Positions 13,746 through 28,449 of a DNA stretch of 64,000 nucleotides are shown here, piece by piece. The notes under the pieces are model-generated. The model was not told where the DNA came from, searched no databases, and saw only the letters and a list, made by a program, of their open reading frames with translations. The position numbers and the translations under genes are program-made. This DNA is from Albugo candida (Eukaryota). Where the stretch lies: contig JBDOQK010000005.1 of assembly GCA_040437565.1 (NCBI GenBank), forward strand, positions 558,001-622,000. Reading direction: 5' to 3'. The number at the start of each line of letters is the position of its first letter. Within the stretch, counting starts at the first letter, position 1.

Positions 13746-16700
13746 ATGAGCGTATACAGCGACTGGGAAGCCGATCTCACGTCTATCATTGAGAAGACAA
13801 ATCAAAATTTAATGCTGTTGAGTCGTTTCGGAGATAGAAAGACAGAGAGAAAAGATAGTCATTCATACGATATATCAACTACAAAACAATATGAGCCAAA
13901 TTCAAGGCAAACTCTGAAGAAAGCTATACAAGAGCGTTGCAATCAAGACATTGCTGCACATCGCGTCATGCCACGCGATAATAATAATGCAAGAGTAATG
14001 AACAGCAGAAAAATCAATAAAGATGCAGCATTGACTCGTCCTCCAGCTCCGCTTTCTCTTGCTGCTAGCAAGCATCGCGTGAAGGAGCCACATACACAAT
14101 TGGAAAAGGAAGGTTCAGAAGGTAAAATTATTGCGTTACGCCGCTGTCTGCTGGACGTTAAAGAGTTGTCTATCAGCAGGCATCAAATTGAGTTTGGCGA
14201 GATCCGAAGACGTGAAGAAAAGGTATCTTATGTATATTGCGTTCGCGATGAAGAGATTTTGACGATGCTGTCGACAGCATACAAGCAGGTTTGGATGCGA
14301 GGTTAGCACCAGTTGAAAACAAGATAGAAATCATGCGAAAGGACTTTGCAAAGCTCGCAGACGCGAATTTGCAGCTCGAGATAAGGATGGCCGACATAAA
14401 GACCAAGGTTGAAGCAACATCTCATTCGTCTTCATCCCTGGTACTAAACACACAAGATCAATCGGATCAACTCAATCGACTTGATAAACATTGCGCGACT
14501 TTAAATCGATGGAAGTCTGAGGTTGACGAGGATCTTTGCGGACTAACGTGCGTATAATGAAACAAACTTGCTGAATTCGTTGCTCACTGAGGCTTTCCTA
14601 CATTAGAAATCAGCTGAAAAAAACGCAATTGATACCAGAAAAGATCAACCAACTTGAGAAAATGCTCGAGACTGTGATGCTGAATGTAACCGATCTGTCN
14701 NNNNNNNNNNNNNNNNNNNNNNNNNNNNNNNNNNNNNNNNNNNNNNNNNNNNNNNNNNNNNNNNNNNNNNNNNNNNNNNNNNNNNNNNNNNNNNNNNNNT
14801 CGTCTTCATCCCTGGTACTAAACACACAAGATCAATCGGATCAACTCAATCGACTTGATAAACATTGCGCGACTTTAAATCGATGGAAGTCTGAGGTTGA
14901 CGAGGATCTTTGCGGACTAACGTGCGTATAATGAAACAAACTTGCTGAATTCGTTGCTCACTGAGGCTTTCCTACATTAGAAATCAGCTGAAAAAAACGC
15001 AATTGATACCAGAAAAGATCAACCAACTTGAGAAAATGCTCGAGACTGTGATGCTGAATGTAACCGATCTGTCAGAACGCATAAAGTCATATCAAAAAGA
15101 CACAGACCAAAGATTCGACTCGATGGAACGCGATGTTACAAGGCCTATGGACACTAAAGTGATAGAAAATATATTTCAAAGTCGGTTGATGGAGCCTATG
15201 ATCGACATAGAAAATCGTCTGCAACAGCGCATTGAACATTCTGCACAAACGATTCAACAGAAGTTAGGCCGTTCTGCCGAACAGGATCATGCCCTACGCA
15301 TGGAGATATTACAGGGATGGAAGACCGAGGCAACTAATCGTTTCGAGGAAATTGAATCGAAGGTGAGAAGATACCAAAAAGATGGCACACTTTTTGCACA
15401 AAGTTTAGAGAATTACACAACTCTAGAAGCAAGTATACTGCGATGCCAATCACGTCTGGAACAGCAAGAATCAAGAGTGAAAGAGATAAATCAAATGCTA
15501 CTCAGCAAACTTCCTGAAAATATAGCTGACGTTAAAGCTGAATTGGTTCAGATGTTGCATTCCAAATTACATACTTTAAGCACACGCTTTGAGGAAGAAT
15601 TGATTACAATAAAAGGAGATGAGAATCAAAACAATACATTTAAACAAGAGATCAACAATAAGATGAAGAGCTTAGAGAGAAAGATCAAGAATACTGAAAC
15701 AAAAGCTGCGAGCGGTTGGCAACGCAACGCTACATCTAGAAGAACACGTAGCGTTCAACAGGAGGTTGAAAACAGCGAACTTAAACAGCACTTGATGCGT
15801 ATCGCCTCACAAGTTGAAGCATCGAGGAATGCAAAGGAGGTCCTAGATGAAAGATTGATTGCACGAGAGAAAGCGTACAAAGTTAAGCTGATGGAACTCG
15901 AGAAGAAATTTGAGATCGCTTCAGTATTGGCTACTAAGGAGCGGGAAGAAATGATTGAGAGACTCAAGCAAGAAGCAAGGATCGCCGGAATTGCAAAGGG
16001 AGAACAACGGGTGTATAAAGAAATAATGGATAATGTGACTGACTCGAGAGACAAATTAAGGGCTGATGAGAAAAAAGCCCGTCAAGAATTGCAGCACCTT
16101 ACTGCACTTTTAAGAAAATCGGAGCATGATAGCATCATTGAACTCACAAATTTGCGTTTATCTATCAGAACAAAGCAGAACGAGGCATTATTACTTCAGC
16201 ATGAATGTGACCTCAGTAAAAAGCACGTAATGATGATCAACAAGTCCAACAAGAAACAGAATAAGAAGGTGGAGAAGCAAAAAATGCTACTTGAAAATGA
16301 GCTTCATTTTCTCAAATTGAAGCTTTCGTCGCAAACACAACGTTCAGTACATGCCACTCGTATCGGGACCCTTACCGATGATACTCCGAAAAATACTGAA
16401 GGTGTATGTAATGGACAGGAGCATTTCCGATGTGAACAAGCTCTGCAGAATTTGTACATCAAAAATCAGCAAGAATTACAGAGCCTACAGATTCAGTACG
16501 ACGAGCTGAATGATGCGTACATACAGACCAAGAAAAAACACGAACAAGAAGTTACGAAAACCAATGCGTCGATTTATCAAGAGTATGCGGTCGCATTAGA
16601 AGAACTAAGGAATGTTCTTTCAATAAAAGAAAATGAGATGATGAAGCAGGTTGATACTCTCTTATCAAGAGACAAGGCGCGTGACTCCCAAATGGAGCAA

Positions 16701-19700
16701 TTGACAAACACAATTGCTATGATACAAGAAGAGAACGACACGCTTATGCACAAGTTGAAGCATCCGACATTATACAAGGATGATTTAGAACAAGATGTAC
16801 ACATGTTCGAGAGGACAGAGGTCAAGAAGCTGATACAGGCAAAGGAAGGTGAACTAGAGAGAGCGCAAAATTCGCTGAAAATGCTGGCGTCAGATCTGGA
16901 AGTTTGTCGGGAAGCTTACAACTTGCAGTCAGAGAATTATAAGCGGGATACANNNNNNNNNNNNNNNNNNNNNNNNNNNNNNNNNNNNNNNNNNNNNNNN
17001 NNNNNNNNNNNNNNNNNNNNNNNNNNNNNNNNNNNNNNNNNNNNNNNNNNNNGTATGCGGTCGCATTAGAAGAACTAAGGAATGTTCTTTCAATAAAAGA
17101 AAATGAGATGATGAAGCAGGTTGATACTCTCTTATCAAGAGACAAGGCGCGTGACTCCCAAATGGAGCAATTGACAAACACAATTGCTATGATACAAGAA
17201 GAGAACGACACGCTTATGCACAAGTTGAAGCATCCGACATTATACAAGGATGATTTAGAACAAGATGTACACATGTTCGAGAGGACAGAGGTCAAGAAGC
17301 TGATACAGGCAAAGGAAGGTGAACTAGAGAGAGCGCAAAATTCGCTGAAAATGCTGGCGTCAGATCTGGAAGTTTGTCGGGAAGCTTACAACTTGCAGTC
17401 AGAGAATTATAAGCGGGATACAGCGAAACTGGAACTGAACTTGAAAAATACGCATGATAAAATGCTTGATCAACTTGATATTGAAAAGAATCTCTTAGCG
17501 GACAAGAACAGGTTAGAGAAGGACCTGGTAGCACGTAATTCACAAATGGAGACTCTTGGATTGAGATGCGAGGAAGATTTGCAGCATCTTGCCGAGGAAT
17601 TCTCAAGCCAAAAAGTCTTGATTTCTGATAAGCTGGTTAGAGTCGAAACGAATTTGGCAGAAAGCGAACAGGAACTTGGCTTGCTTAGAGATGTGCACCA
17701 GAAGGTCTGTGAACAGATACAAGCGCAAGCGACGACTATGAGTATTGATCAAACGCGTATGGAGCACGAGATGGAGAAGCTTTACAATACTATGCAGCTA
17801 GAACAAGAGGCTTCTCGAAATAGAACGGAAGAGCTGGAGGAATCGATATTACATCTTGAAAACGAGATCGCAAAGCTTCGTGTGGAAAACGAGCAAGCAA
17901 AGTGCGATCTGGAAGCTGCAGCCAACGAAAAAATTGGTCAACAACAATCTTCGGACGAAGTAATTGGTTCTTTGAGACATTTTGATGAAAAAGAGCCAAA
18001 AGCTTTCGATGAGAAGTGGCCTGCGAAGGAGAAAGAGTGGTCCGAATTACACAATATGGCCCGGAATGAATTGGTTTCTTGGAGAGCCACGGCAAAGTGT
18101 GGAAACGATACTCTTTCAACCAGAATAAGTGAACTCCAGGGCTGTCTGAAGAAAAGCCGAGAAAATGAGTTGGATCTACAAAAGCTTCTTACAGAAGTAA
18201 TGAGGACAGTGACCTCACCCACTTTCGACAAGGCTTGGAGTCCTCCAGAATTTCTGTCGCCGGATAATGCAAGTCAGATGACCTCATTTATAGAGCACTG
18301 GACGGAACTAGAGAGTAGATTTCACGTTAAAAATGCCGAGATTGATGGGCTTAAAGTTCGACTTCAAAATTCTCACAACGAGCAGCAGGAATTNNNNNNN
18401 NNNNNNNNNNNNNNNNNNNNNNNNNNNNNNNNNNNNNNNNNNNNNNNNNNNNNNNNNNNNNNNNNNNNNNNNNNNNNNNNNNNNNNNNNNNNNATACTCT
18501 TTCAACCAGAATAAGTGAACTCCAGGGCTGTCTGAAGAAAAGCCGAGAAAATGAGTTGGATCTACAAAAGCTTCTTACAGAAGTAATGAGGACAGTGACC
18601 TCACCCACTTTCGACAAGGCTTGGAGTCCTCCAGAATTTCTGTCGCCGGATAATGCAAGTCAGATGACCTCATTTATAGAGCACTGGACGGAACTAGAGA
18701 GTAGATTTCACGTTAAAAATGCCGAGATTGATGGGCTTAAAGTTCGACTTCAAAATTCTCACAACGAGCAGCAGGAATTCAAGAGTACTGTTCAAGCTCT
18801 CCAGAAAGAACGAAACGATATGAAAGATTTACTCAATGAAATGCGGCTGAAGTCTCAAGAACTCGAACACGAGATGCAACTTTTACAAAAGATAAATGCG
18901 GACAGAAATACACACTTGAGCTGTCTGGAGAAAGAAAAACTCGCTTTGCAGACGAGAATTGATGAGCTTCATGACCAGGCGGCGATTATCGCAACTGAGA
19001 TCGAAAGTAAACGTGTAGGTCACAATGAGGAACTGAAACAAGCCAAATGTCAATATGAGGAACTTGAAAGAGCGCATGAAAAATCAGAGAGAACTATCAA
19101 AACCGCAAAGGAATATTTGAATCGCGTCGAAAACGAAAAGATGATTGAGCTTAACAATCTTAAACTCAGAGTTGACGTTCTCGAGGACGAAATATGTGCA
19201 ACGGATACAGCTGAATGCACCGTTCAGGAAAATTGGAATTGGCAGCAAATCAAGAGTATTTATGACCACGTGGACCAACGTAAATCTCTTATCAGAACTG
19301 CCTTTTCGAAGCTCAGTTTGAGCATCGGAGTGACAGTCTGGTGTCAATTAAGGTCACTGTTGCACGAACAAGTGGACGAGGAACTCAACTTTATTAAGGA
19401 TCGGAAAACGGATGCTCAACAGCTGGATGTGCTGCAGGAGGAGGAGGATAACATATTTCAGACTGTGGAGGCGGTATCACTGATTCTCAACCATCTTGAA
19501 AAAAAACGAAACGCGAGTGCGGACTACTCAAGCAACGGCTCCGAGTGGCTCAAGTCTTTTTCAGATACGGCTCCCTTACTAGTAAGGCGATTGAAAAACA
19601 TGGAAGTTGCCTGCGAAATGCTTTTTTTTGGCAAAGGTCGTAACGCCTCAAACTCATCTCGCCATCTTTTGAACAATACGATCACCATAGATGACAATGA

Positions 19701-22221
19701 AAACGATGCAAGTCTGTCACCTGCATCAGGTATAGGAACAATTCCCTCGGATGTGGAGGGGCACTTTGAAGAATCTGTCGGTGCAGCTGATACGAATTGT
19801 ACTTCTTATGAGGACTCACTGATACAAACAGATAAAGGACATCACACGACTTCGCAGGGGGATTCGTCGTCGGATGGCCAAGATGAAAAGGTTGACGGTA
19901 GAGCGAAAATATCCAGAAGCCACAACACTCAGCACAAAATGCGAGATGATACGCGTTCTTGGTCCCCGTCAAATATCCGAGTAGAAGTCAACGAACCAAT
20001 CCATGACACCTCACGCATGAGCCGAGAGAAGCGCGGAGATGATTTCGTAATGGAAAACAATTCGTCCAATACATATAGACATAGCATCTCGCAATTCGAT
20101 GAGACGGAATATATTTGTGAGGATGATTTGAATCCTGGTGAAGGAAATGGTGGGCAGCAAATGCATTCTCGATCCAAAGATATCTTGATGGATGACAGAA
20201 GAAGCACAGCGCCCTCGATGGATGTAAAGGAACACGGGAACGCTGAAAGCGCTGGCATTTCTGAGTCTTCAAATGATGGAAATGAATTAGATGAAGATTT
20301 TTTGGATTCTTCTTCTGATGAAAGTGAACTTGACATTCAACCAGACGATTCGGACAGGGTGTCACTATCAGAGGTTACCCACGTCGAATTTGAAAAAGTC
20401 GCCAATGCAAGTGATAATGAGATTGCTCTCACGAATACAAATTCGTATGTAGAGGAAAATTTTGTTCACTCGGGAGCTCAAGAGCTTAGAGTGGAAGAAG
20501 AAGGAATTTACAATGATGCAAACCAGAAAAACTTGGAAAGTAATGATCATGACAACGTCGATGCCCCTGCTGAACTGACTCATGCGCATGGAAACATGTT
20601 CGATTCCGGGTATGTTCACCATCGTCACATAGAGGACTGTGACACGAATGAAAACGATGTTTTGTGCATCGAGAAAACGACTAATGCAGCTAGGCGCAAC
20701 ACTGACCATGATAATGATAAGGAGACAAGCTTCGGTGAACGTCAGGTTTTGAACTGGGATGATCAAGCCTTATTAGACGGCTCGTCCGTAGCGATCAATC
20801 AGAATGAAAATGACGAGATATACTTTGACGATAACGCGGTCTCAGGTGCAGTGAAAAGCGTTGATACAGGCGAACTCTCAAGTATTTCAAATTCTTCAGA
20901 CGAGATTGATCGTTTCGAAGCAGCGGACAAGTGGACCGGTCATCAACAAAGAAAGGAGCACGAAGAAGATTTCATTCCAGTACACAGTGGGCACGAAAAA
21001 GCTGACATGGGTGAACGAAATAAGGAGTCTATCAATTCTTTTCAAATTCCCATTCCTGAATTGCCACTGACTACAACGATAGCAGATGCTGATGAGAACC
21101 TGCCGCAAGCAGATTATTATACCATGGAAGATATCTCTGAGACATGCGGGTACTTATCCGATTCAGATAATGTGGAAAAGAAGATTGTTCCATTATCAAC
21201 TCGCTTGAGTGAAAGCAGTGGTACCGATGATTCGGATGGAATTACACATCAGCAGAATGATCGACATGAGAGCACTACTCACACCTTTCAAAAGACGGAG
21301 AATTTGTCGGCAGATGGAACCATTGACAATGAAGCTGAGGAATACTCTATTGGCGCTTTGTCTACAAGTGAAGATGCTTATATAAATGGACTAATAAGTT
21401 GTGGGTTATCCGGAACTGAAAACTTTTCTCTTGAAGAATCAAAAGACAGATATATGCCTGAAGTCAGTAATGAGAGCACATTTTGCGAGGTCGATGCAGA
21501 CGAATCCTTGACTACGATTGAGCAAAGTGAGCGCATGGAGACTCATAGCAGTGATAAAGATGATGAGATTCTCGATCGACTCGAAGATAGTGATCAGGAC
21601 GATCTGGTTGAAGAAAACGACACTTTTGATGTGGATAATGAAACTAGCAGCGACGACCTTGTGCTTCCCGATTTAATTGATGCTTATAAGGAACAACACT
21701 ATACTGAAATTCATGACCATACTGGAATCGAGCGAAATTCACACGATCCAGACGAATTAGAAAAGCTTTCAGTAGATGCAGATATGGAACAGGTGAAGCA
21801 ACTTGCAGAGCCTTATATGGAAATGATATCTTCAGCAAGAAATGAAAATAATACCGATCTGCAAAACCTCACGCTCCAACAGTTAGTTGAAGATAACAGC
21901 GAATATGAGACAAACTGCGGTCCGTTCGCTGAGATGGATACATCAGGTGATGATGTGAATGCTGCGGAATCGGATGATGACGCCATCGATGTGTTTGAGA
22001 CAAGAGGACTGGACTGGTCTAGCGTTGACGATAGGTTTCAGCATAATATGCCAGGCCTGGAAGCACCGCAAGCTCGTGCTTATTCAATCGACCAATTTGA
22101 TGGTAGCAAATTGAATGAGGAAATATCATCTTCACCTAGTCGAAGTGTCGATGGAGAGGAATACTCGGATGGTTCGTTTGATTTGGAGGAGTCACTCGAA
22201 GAAGAAGAACTTGACACGTAA
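13746..22221 (+). CDS. Large coiled-coil protein with acidic disordered C-terminus (~2,350 aa), function unknown
   Basis: Inferred exons 13746-14121, 14180-14222, 14278-14547, then 14981-22221 after removing three gap overlaps; frame is preserved. Long E/K/Q/L heptad-rich tract followed by ~850 aa rich in D/E/S. Confidence 0.8.
14426..15073. repeat. 100-N gap (14700-14799) with a 274-bp duplicated flank; assembly overlap
   Basis: 14426-14699 is repeated from 14800 and includes a whole intron. Confidence 0.9.
16583..17422. repeat. 100-N gap (16953-17052) with a 370-bp duplicated flank; assembly overlap
   Basis: 16583-16952 is repeated from 17053. Confidence 0.9.
18108..18779. repeat. 100-N gap (18394-18493) with a 286-bp duplicated flank; assembly overlap
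   Basis: 18108-18393 is repeated from 18494. Confidence 0.9.
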
Positions 22222-22683
22222 TACGTCATAGTAAAACGGTACTGCTTGTTTTCACAAGGAGCTGCCCGATTACTCGACTCTTTATGAGGCAAACTCTAAG
22301 TTTTATTTCAACAGAAGTCGTAGCTATAAACTCTCAATGTCGAACANNNNNNNNNNNNNNNNNNNNNNNNNNNNNNNNNNNNNNNNNNNNNNNNNNNNNN
22401 NNNNNNNNNNNNNNNNNNNNNNNNNNNNNNNNNNNNNNNNNNNNNNATTGAATGAGGAAATATCATCTTCACCTAGTCGAAGTGTCGATGGAGAGGAATA
22501 CTCGGATGGTTCGTTTGATTTGGAGGAGTCACTCGAAGAAGAAGAACTTGACACGTAATACGTCATAGTAAAACGGTACTGCTTGTTTTCACAAGGAGCT
22601 GCCCGATTACTCGACTCTTTATGAGGCAAACTCTAAGTTTTATTTCAACAGAAGTCGTAGCTATAAACTCTCAATGTCGAACA
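22110..22683. repeat. 100-N gap (22347-22446) with a 237-bp duplicated flank; assembly overlap
   Basis: 22110-22346 is repeated from 22447 and includes the stop codons of two convergent genes. Confidence 0.9.
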
Positions 22684-24464
22684 CTCAATCCTGTTAGCAG
22701 AGGATGTCCCGTGATTGTCAAATTGTCGAGCTTGTGACCATTTAGGAAACTACTCGTTATATGCGTACAGCCCCAAAGAGAGAGTTCTTGTAATTTCTCG
22801 CAGTGATCGGTCAAATTTCCTAATCCATCCTCGGTGATCTTTCGACAAAAAGATACATCCAACGTCGTCAAATTCTTGGAGCAGTACAATTGCAGAGCTT
22901 GTAAAGTAGCGTCTGTGACTCCCTGAATGAAATTTGTCCCACAGATTATATACCCCCCGCTCAAATTCAATCTCTTACCGTAATACTCGACATTTTGACC
23001 GACTCGAGGTACTTGCTAGCACCAAATGCAATGTGCTCGAAAGCAAGATCCGACAAATGAATGCACCTCTGGAGGTCAACATAGACCAGAGGGTGACCCA
23101 GCTCCCGAACCTAGAAGACATCATGATGATCGCGTCAGATCACTGGAGATATATTATCAGTACAGGGCAGATACCAGCGCGAAGGGATCGTCAGAAATCA
23201 ACGGCATATCAGATAAATCAAGCCTTTGTAGTCCTCGACAATGCGTGAATATAGCGCGAACTGAATCGTCTTTCAATTGACTGCATCGTGAAAGGGAAAT
23301 TTGTTTCAGATTCGGTAGTTTCTCCAAAAAGGTGGAAACAAAATTGTCAGAAAGCTTCACCATTTGCTCCAGTTTTAGCTGTTCCAATGCTCGCATTGTG
23401 CAAAGCGGAAACAAATCGTCATCCGTCAGTTGAGGACATTCTGAAAGTGTTAGCGAGTATAAGTGCTGTAGCTCGCTCATGAACTCGACTGACTTTTTGG
23501 TTATTCGTTGGTTACAACTGAGCTCAAATTCCTTGATTGATGGTGCGCTTTGACGTACAAGTGTCTCACACCCAGAATCCGAAAGACGGTAGCAACCTTG
23601 TAGAGATAAAATCTCTACGCTTTGTATGGCGTTCCTTCAGATCAGCTCATTATTGGTGTGATGAGTTTTACCGAATACAACATTCCACACTCACCCGAGT
23701 TCCATAAGTACTTGGTCCGAAATACAGCGACCACAAAAGTTGAGTCGTAGAACTGTGAGCGTTAACTTTGATGCTGAAGAACATTTTAAGGCTTCTAAAA
23801 AGCTAGCCTCGTCTATACTGGAGCAATCAGGTAAATCAATCTCCGTTACTCCCGGAAAGACAAATAAAGGTAGCACTGAACATATTCGTCAATTCTCTTC
23901 AATAAGATCACAAGGTAGTCGGTGCATACCGATTGAATCGAATTTGCGCATCTTTGCAACTTGATAAGCGACGCGATGACGGGCTGATGCATCCAAGTAC
24001 TCTAAGGTCGGCATCTGTTCGATATATTGCGTCAGAACCTGAACAGCCAATTCCCGTAAACTGGGTAGGACTGTGTTTTGAAAGTGCATCGCTGTTCTTG
24101 GTTTTTTTCGATGAGGTATCCAAGTATTTGATTCCGTAGATGATGTGTTTCTGTCTATTAATTCTTTTTCTCTCGCTAATTGGGCTGCAAGTCGATTATC
24201 GGCTAGTTGTTGCGCAGTTTGCATGTATCCTGGCCATGAAACACTCTGTCGACCAGCACCAAATACACGGATAGGTCTAGGATTATCAATAGCAGATTGC
24301 TCCTCATTTTCCGCGGTTTCAGAGGAGCTTTGGACTTCGATTCTTGCGTCAGTCGCGTCATGTTCTCGAGTTGAGCGCGTTCGCATGTCTGATCTTCCGA
24401 TTGAATTCGACGTTTGTACCGAAAAGTGTACCGGTACTGACGATTCTGATTTCTGACTCCTCAT
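22671..24464 (-). CDS. Rad7/Rhp7-like leucine-rich-repeat protein (RNI-like LRR)
   Basis: Exons ~24464-23930, 23875-23695, 23634-23175, 23110-22979, 22922-22671. Contains WPGYMQTA, the BC-box-like LPSLRELAVQVL and many Cys-containing LRRs (LxLxxCxxLTD). Start codon uncertain. Confidence 0.7.
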
Positions 24465-24670
24465 TTTTATTACGGCAGTAACTTCAACTTCAGGAGGTTT
24501 CACTTCATGCTATTAAGAGGCGCTTGTGATTCTCTCAGTCTTCTTAGTACTGAGAATGTGTGTCGTTTAGATTGGAGGGTTTAAATCATTCATTCTATTC
24601 ACATCGTTAGGCCACCCTCTTCTTAATTTATTGGAGTGAACTGATTACGAAGACTCCTGCGGAAGAAGTT

Positions 24671-25894
24671 ATGCCAACAAATGTTGAAACGATTCGTCCC
24701 GGAACTCAGAAGTGTGATAATAACGCTTCTTTATGTGTGAAGAAGGACACTGCAAACATTGAAGATGAACACTCGTCCGATAATCGATTACTTCGGAAAC
24801 GGCAGTTCTCGAGCAGGTCGTCGAGGTCGGACACATTGCGACTTTCCGTCCTTAGTTTAGATAGTATAAAAGAAAGCAAGTCAAGTCAAGTTCATTCCGC
24901 CTATAAAACACGCATCAAACATTTGAGACCAAACAGCAATAACACAAGGCATGATTTTCGATATTCGAGACCAAGCTCTAGGCAATCTTGCTACAAGCTT
25001 TCACCATTGCTAATGGCTGCAAAAATGGGCGATGTGGTTGAATTCAATGCTTTACTTATTCAAAAGGACACAGATATATTACGTCGAGACCCCGCTCACG
25101 GCCAAACCGTTCTCCATATTGGGATTTGTCAAGGTAACAGTGATATAGTGCAGGTGCTGCTCATGCCCGAGTTTGCGGGGTCCTTGGTAAATTTACCTGA
25201 CAAAAATCGAAACACTCCGCTACACCTGGCTGTAGCGAAGTCTCGTCGCCTGACACGAATGTTGATAGAAGCCAACGCCGACATCAACTTCCGTAACAAT
25301 AGGAATCAGACACCTCTGGGTATACACATCTTGACGACTCCGCGTGATGATCCAAGCATTACAGAGCTCTTTATGAATTTCGATGCTGATCCCAACGCGG
25401 CCGTCAACAAGTCAACAGTCTTGCATGTTGCGATCGACAGGAATCTTATCCGCATCGCATCAGTTCTAGTGCGTTATGGAGCGCAGCTGAATTTGCTGGA
25501 TCAGCACGAACAAAGTGTTTTTGATAAGGTCCCCGAAAAAGTAGCAACCATTTTGTTGAGTCAGATTTCACACCCTCCAATTTGGGTTCCAGATCTCAAT
25601 CGAAAGCATTGTATGGGTTGCTTAGGAAAATTCAGCAAGTATGGGAGAACTCGGCGTCATCATTGTCGCTATTGTGGACGTTTATTTTGTGGTTCTTGTA
25701 CAAAATCGCGGCTTAGTCCCACATCCTTCCCGTTTTATGAAGAAAACTTACCTTGCGAGTTTGACTTGGGGAAATTTCGATGTCTGCGCACACGGAAATC
25801 TCCACCTTCCAGTTGGAAGGGCAAACAACGCGTGTGTAACACTTGTTTGAGCATTTGTGCACCAGCCGCTAATAAACACGTGGCGCGTTCTTGA
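24671..25894 (+). CDS. Ankyrin-repeat protein with C-terminal FYVE zinc finger
   Basis: Ankyrin motifs SPLLMAA, QTVLHIG, NTPLHLAV, QTPL and STVLHVAI. FYVE signature WVPD...CMGC...RRHHCRYCGRLFCGSC...RVCNTC. Single exon, 407 aa. Confidence 0.92.
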   Translation: MPTNVETIRPGTQKCDNNASLCVKKDTANIEDEHSSDNRLLRKRQFSSRSSRSDTLRLSVLSLDSIKESKSSQVHSAYKTRIKHLRPNSNNTRHDFRYSRPSSRQSCYKLSPLLMAAKMGDVVEFNALLIQKDTDILRRDPAHGQTVLHIGICQGNSDIVQVLLMPEFAGSLVNLPDKNRNTPLHLAVAKSRRLTRMLIEANADINFRNNRNQTPLGIHILTTPRDDPSITELFMNFDADPNAAVNKSTVLHVAIDRNLIRIASVLVRYGAQLNLLDQHEQSVFDKVPEKVATILLSQISHPPIWVPDLNRKHCMGCLGKFSKYGRTRRHHCRYCGRLFCGSCTKSRLSPTSFPFYEENLPCEFDLGKFRCLRTRKSPPSSWKGKQRVCNTCLSICAPAANKHVARS

Positions 25895-26019
25895 GTTTAT
25901 AACAATCGAAGACATCTCTGCACGATTGTACATGCAAAATGCTCGGCAGAAAATTAACGCTTTTATTGAATTAAGAGCATCACAGTTGTGAGAGTAACAC
26001 TTACAGCTTGTGTCAACGC

Positions 26020-27138
<1,119 letters not shown>

Positions 27139-27540
27139 CTATAAAACCGGTACTGGCATCTGCCAACGATGATAGGTCATTTCTATGTTCAACCCGCATT
27201 GCTCTGCACTTTTGGAGCGCTCCAATCTCATTATGGGCGCCATCTGGAGCTCACTCTGATCACTCACATGTAATCCAGATTCTTAACGTGCCATTTTGGT
27301 TAATCGACGCAAACTGAGATCTCCGTAACGCTATTCTTTCATTGCGTGAAATGACTATTATCCGGCCTTTTGGCAACTTTGTAAAGCGGGATAAATTTTG
27401 TCAGTATGGGTTCATACGACCGCTTTAACACTCAGTATCTATTCAGCTCCTTCCTCATATACCAGTTATGAGTGCGTACTTGTCGCGTTTTATTATGTGC
27501 ATTACAAATATGCATGCTAGTTGGTATCGAATAATCACAA

Positions 27541-28203
27541 CTATACATTCCTTGTCAAGTGTCCATCACATCTGTATATCGATCTAGAATTGGTATATAG
27601 ACCATATCTGACGCGACTTGTAGAATCGTGGTAATATGGAGGGCATGATAAGCACTCTCGCGGGCTGATCAGCCCGGTAGTCACTGAATATTTCCCGCTG
27701 GGACACGGAGCTGTACACGCGCTGGTTTGGAGTCCTTTACTTGCGCCGTAAACCCCCTCTGGACATCTTTTGCAACTATGAATGCTAGTAGCACCTATAC
27801 GGTCATTGTATGTACCTTTCGGACATTTTCCGCTGCATGCACTTGATGTCAACCCAATGCGTTCACCATAAACACCACGAGGGCAATATTCACATTCACC
27901 TAACGTGATGCCTGTGCCCGGTTGACGGTACATCCCAAGAGGACAAGGTATCAGATAAAGCCTCAACTCATTTTCGTTAGTACGAGCTATGGAGTAGGAT
28001 TATAAACCCATCATGATGATGCAATCACTGCCCTTACAATCTTGACGAGCTTGTATGACATCGGTGGGGAATCGCAGAGTGTCTCTCCAGCTTGCATCGG
28101 TGTCTAATGACGTAGACGAGGTTTGCATCAAATGAGCGCTCATATTTGTATACTTCTTACCTTGTAGGCGACAAATGCAAACCATCACTACTAAATGACG
28201 CAT
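27541..28203 (-). CDS. Small Cys-rich protein with GCC2/GCC3 (ephrin-receptor-like / TNFR-like) repeats, possibly secreted
   Basis: Inferred exons 28203-28161, 28103-28038, 27986-27541, in frame via GTAAG...TAG introns. Repeated CP(L/R/K/E/S)GxY...C..C units; short hydrophobic N-terminus MRHLVVMVCIC. Confidence 0.7.
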
Positions 28204-28449
28204 CCAACTAGTGATCGTTGAATATTAAAGCTCAGACTCCATATAGAACCTGTGAGCGTCGGCTAAAGATAGGATGCACAATCGCTTTTAAAACAATTGG
28301 TCGGTCCCACCCATGTATAGGTCAAAGAGGGTGCATGTGTGGCGAATTTGGAAGACCCACGTGATGAAAGGTCACACCCATTGCTTGATCCGTCACATGA
28401 AAAAATGAAAAACAGAATTCGATCGTGAACATTCTATCTGCACATTCCG

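Noticed and set aside
2498-25894. Functional cluster of trafficking genes (PX kinase, Sec16, FYVE protein)
   Set aside because: They are interleaved with unrelated genes; PX and FYVE proteins are common, and there is no evidence of co-regulation.
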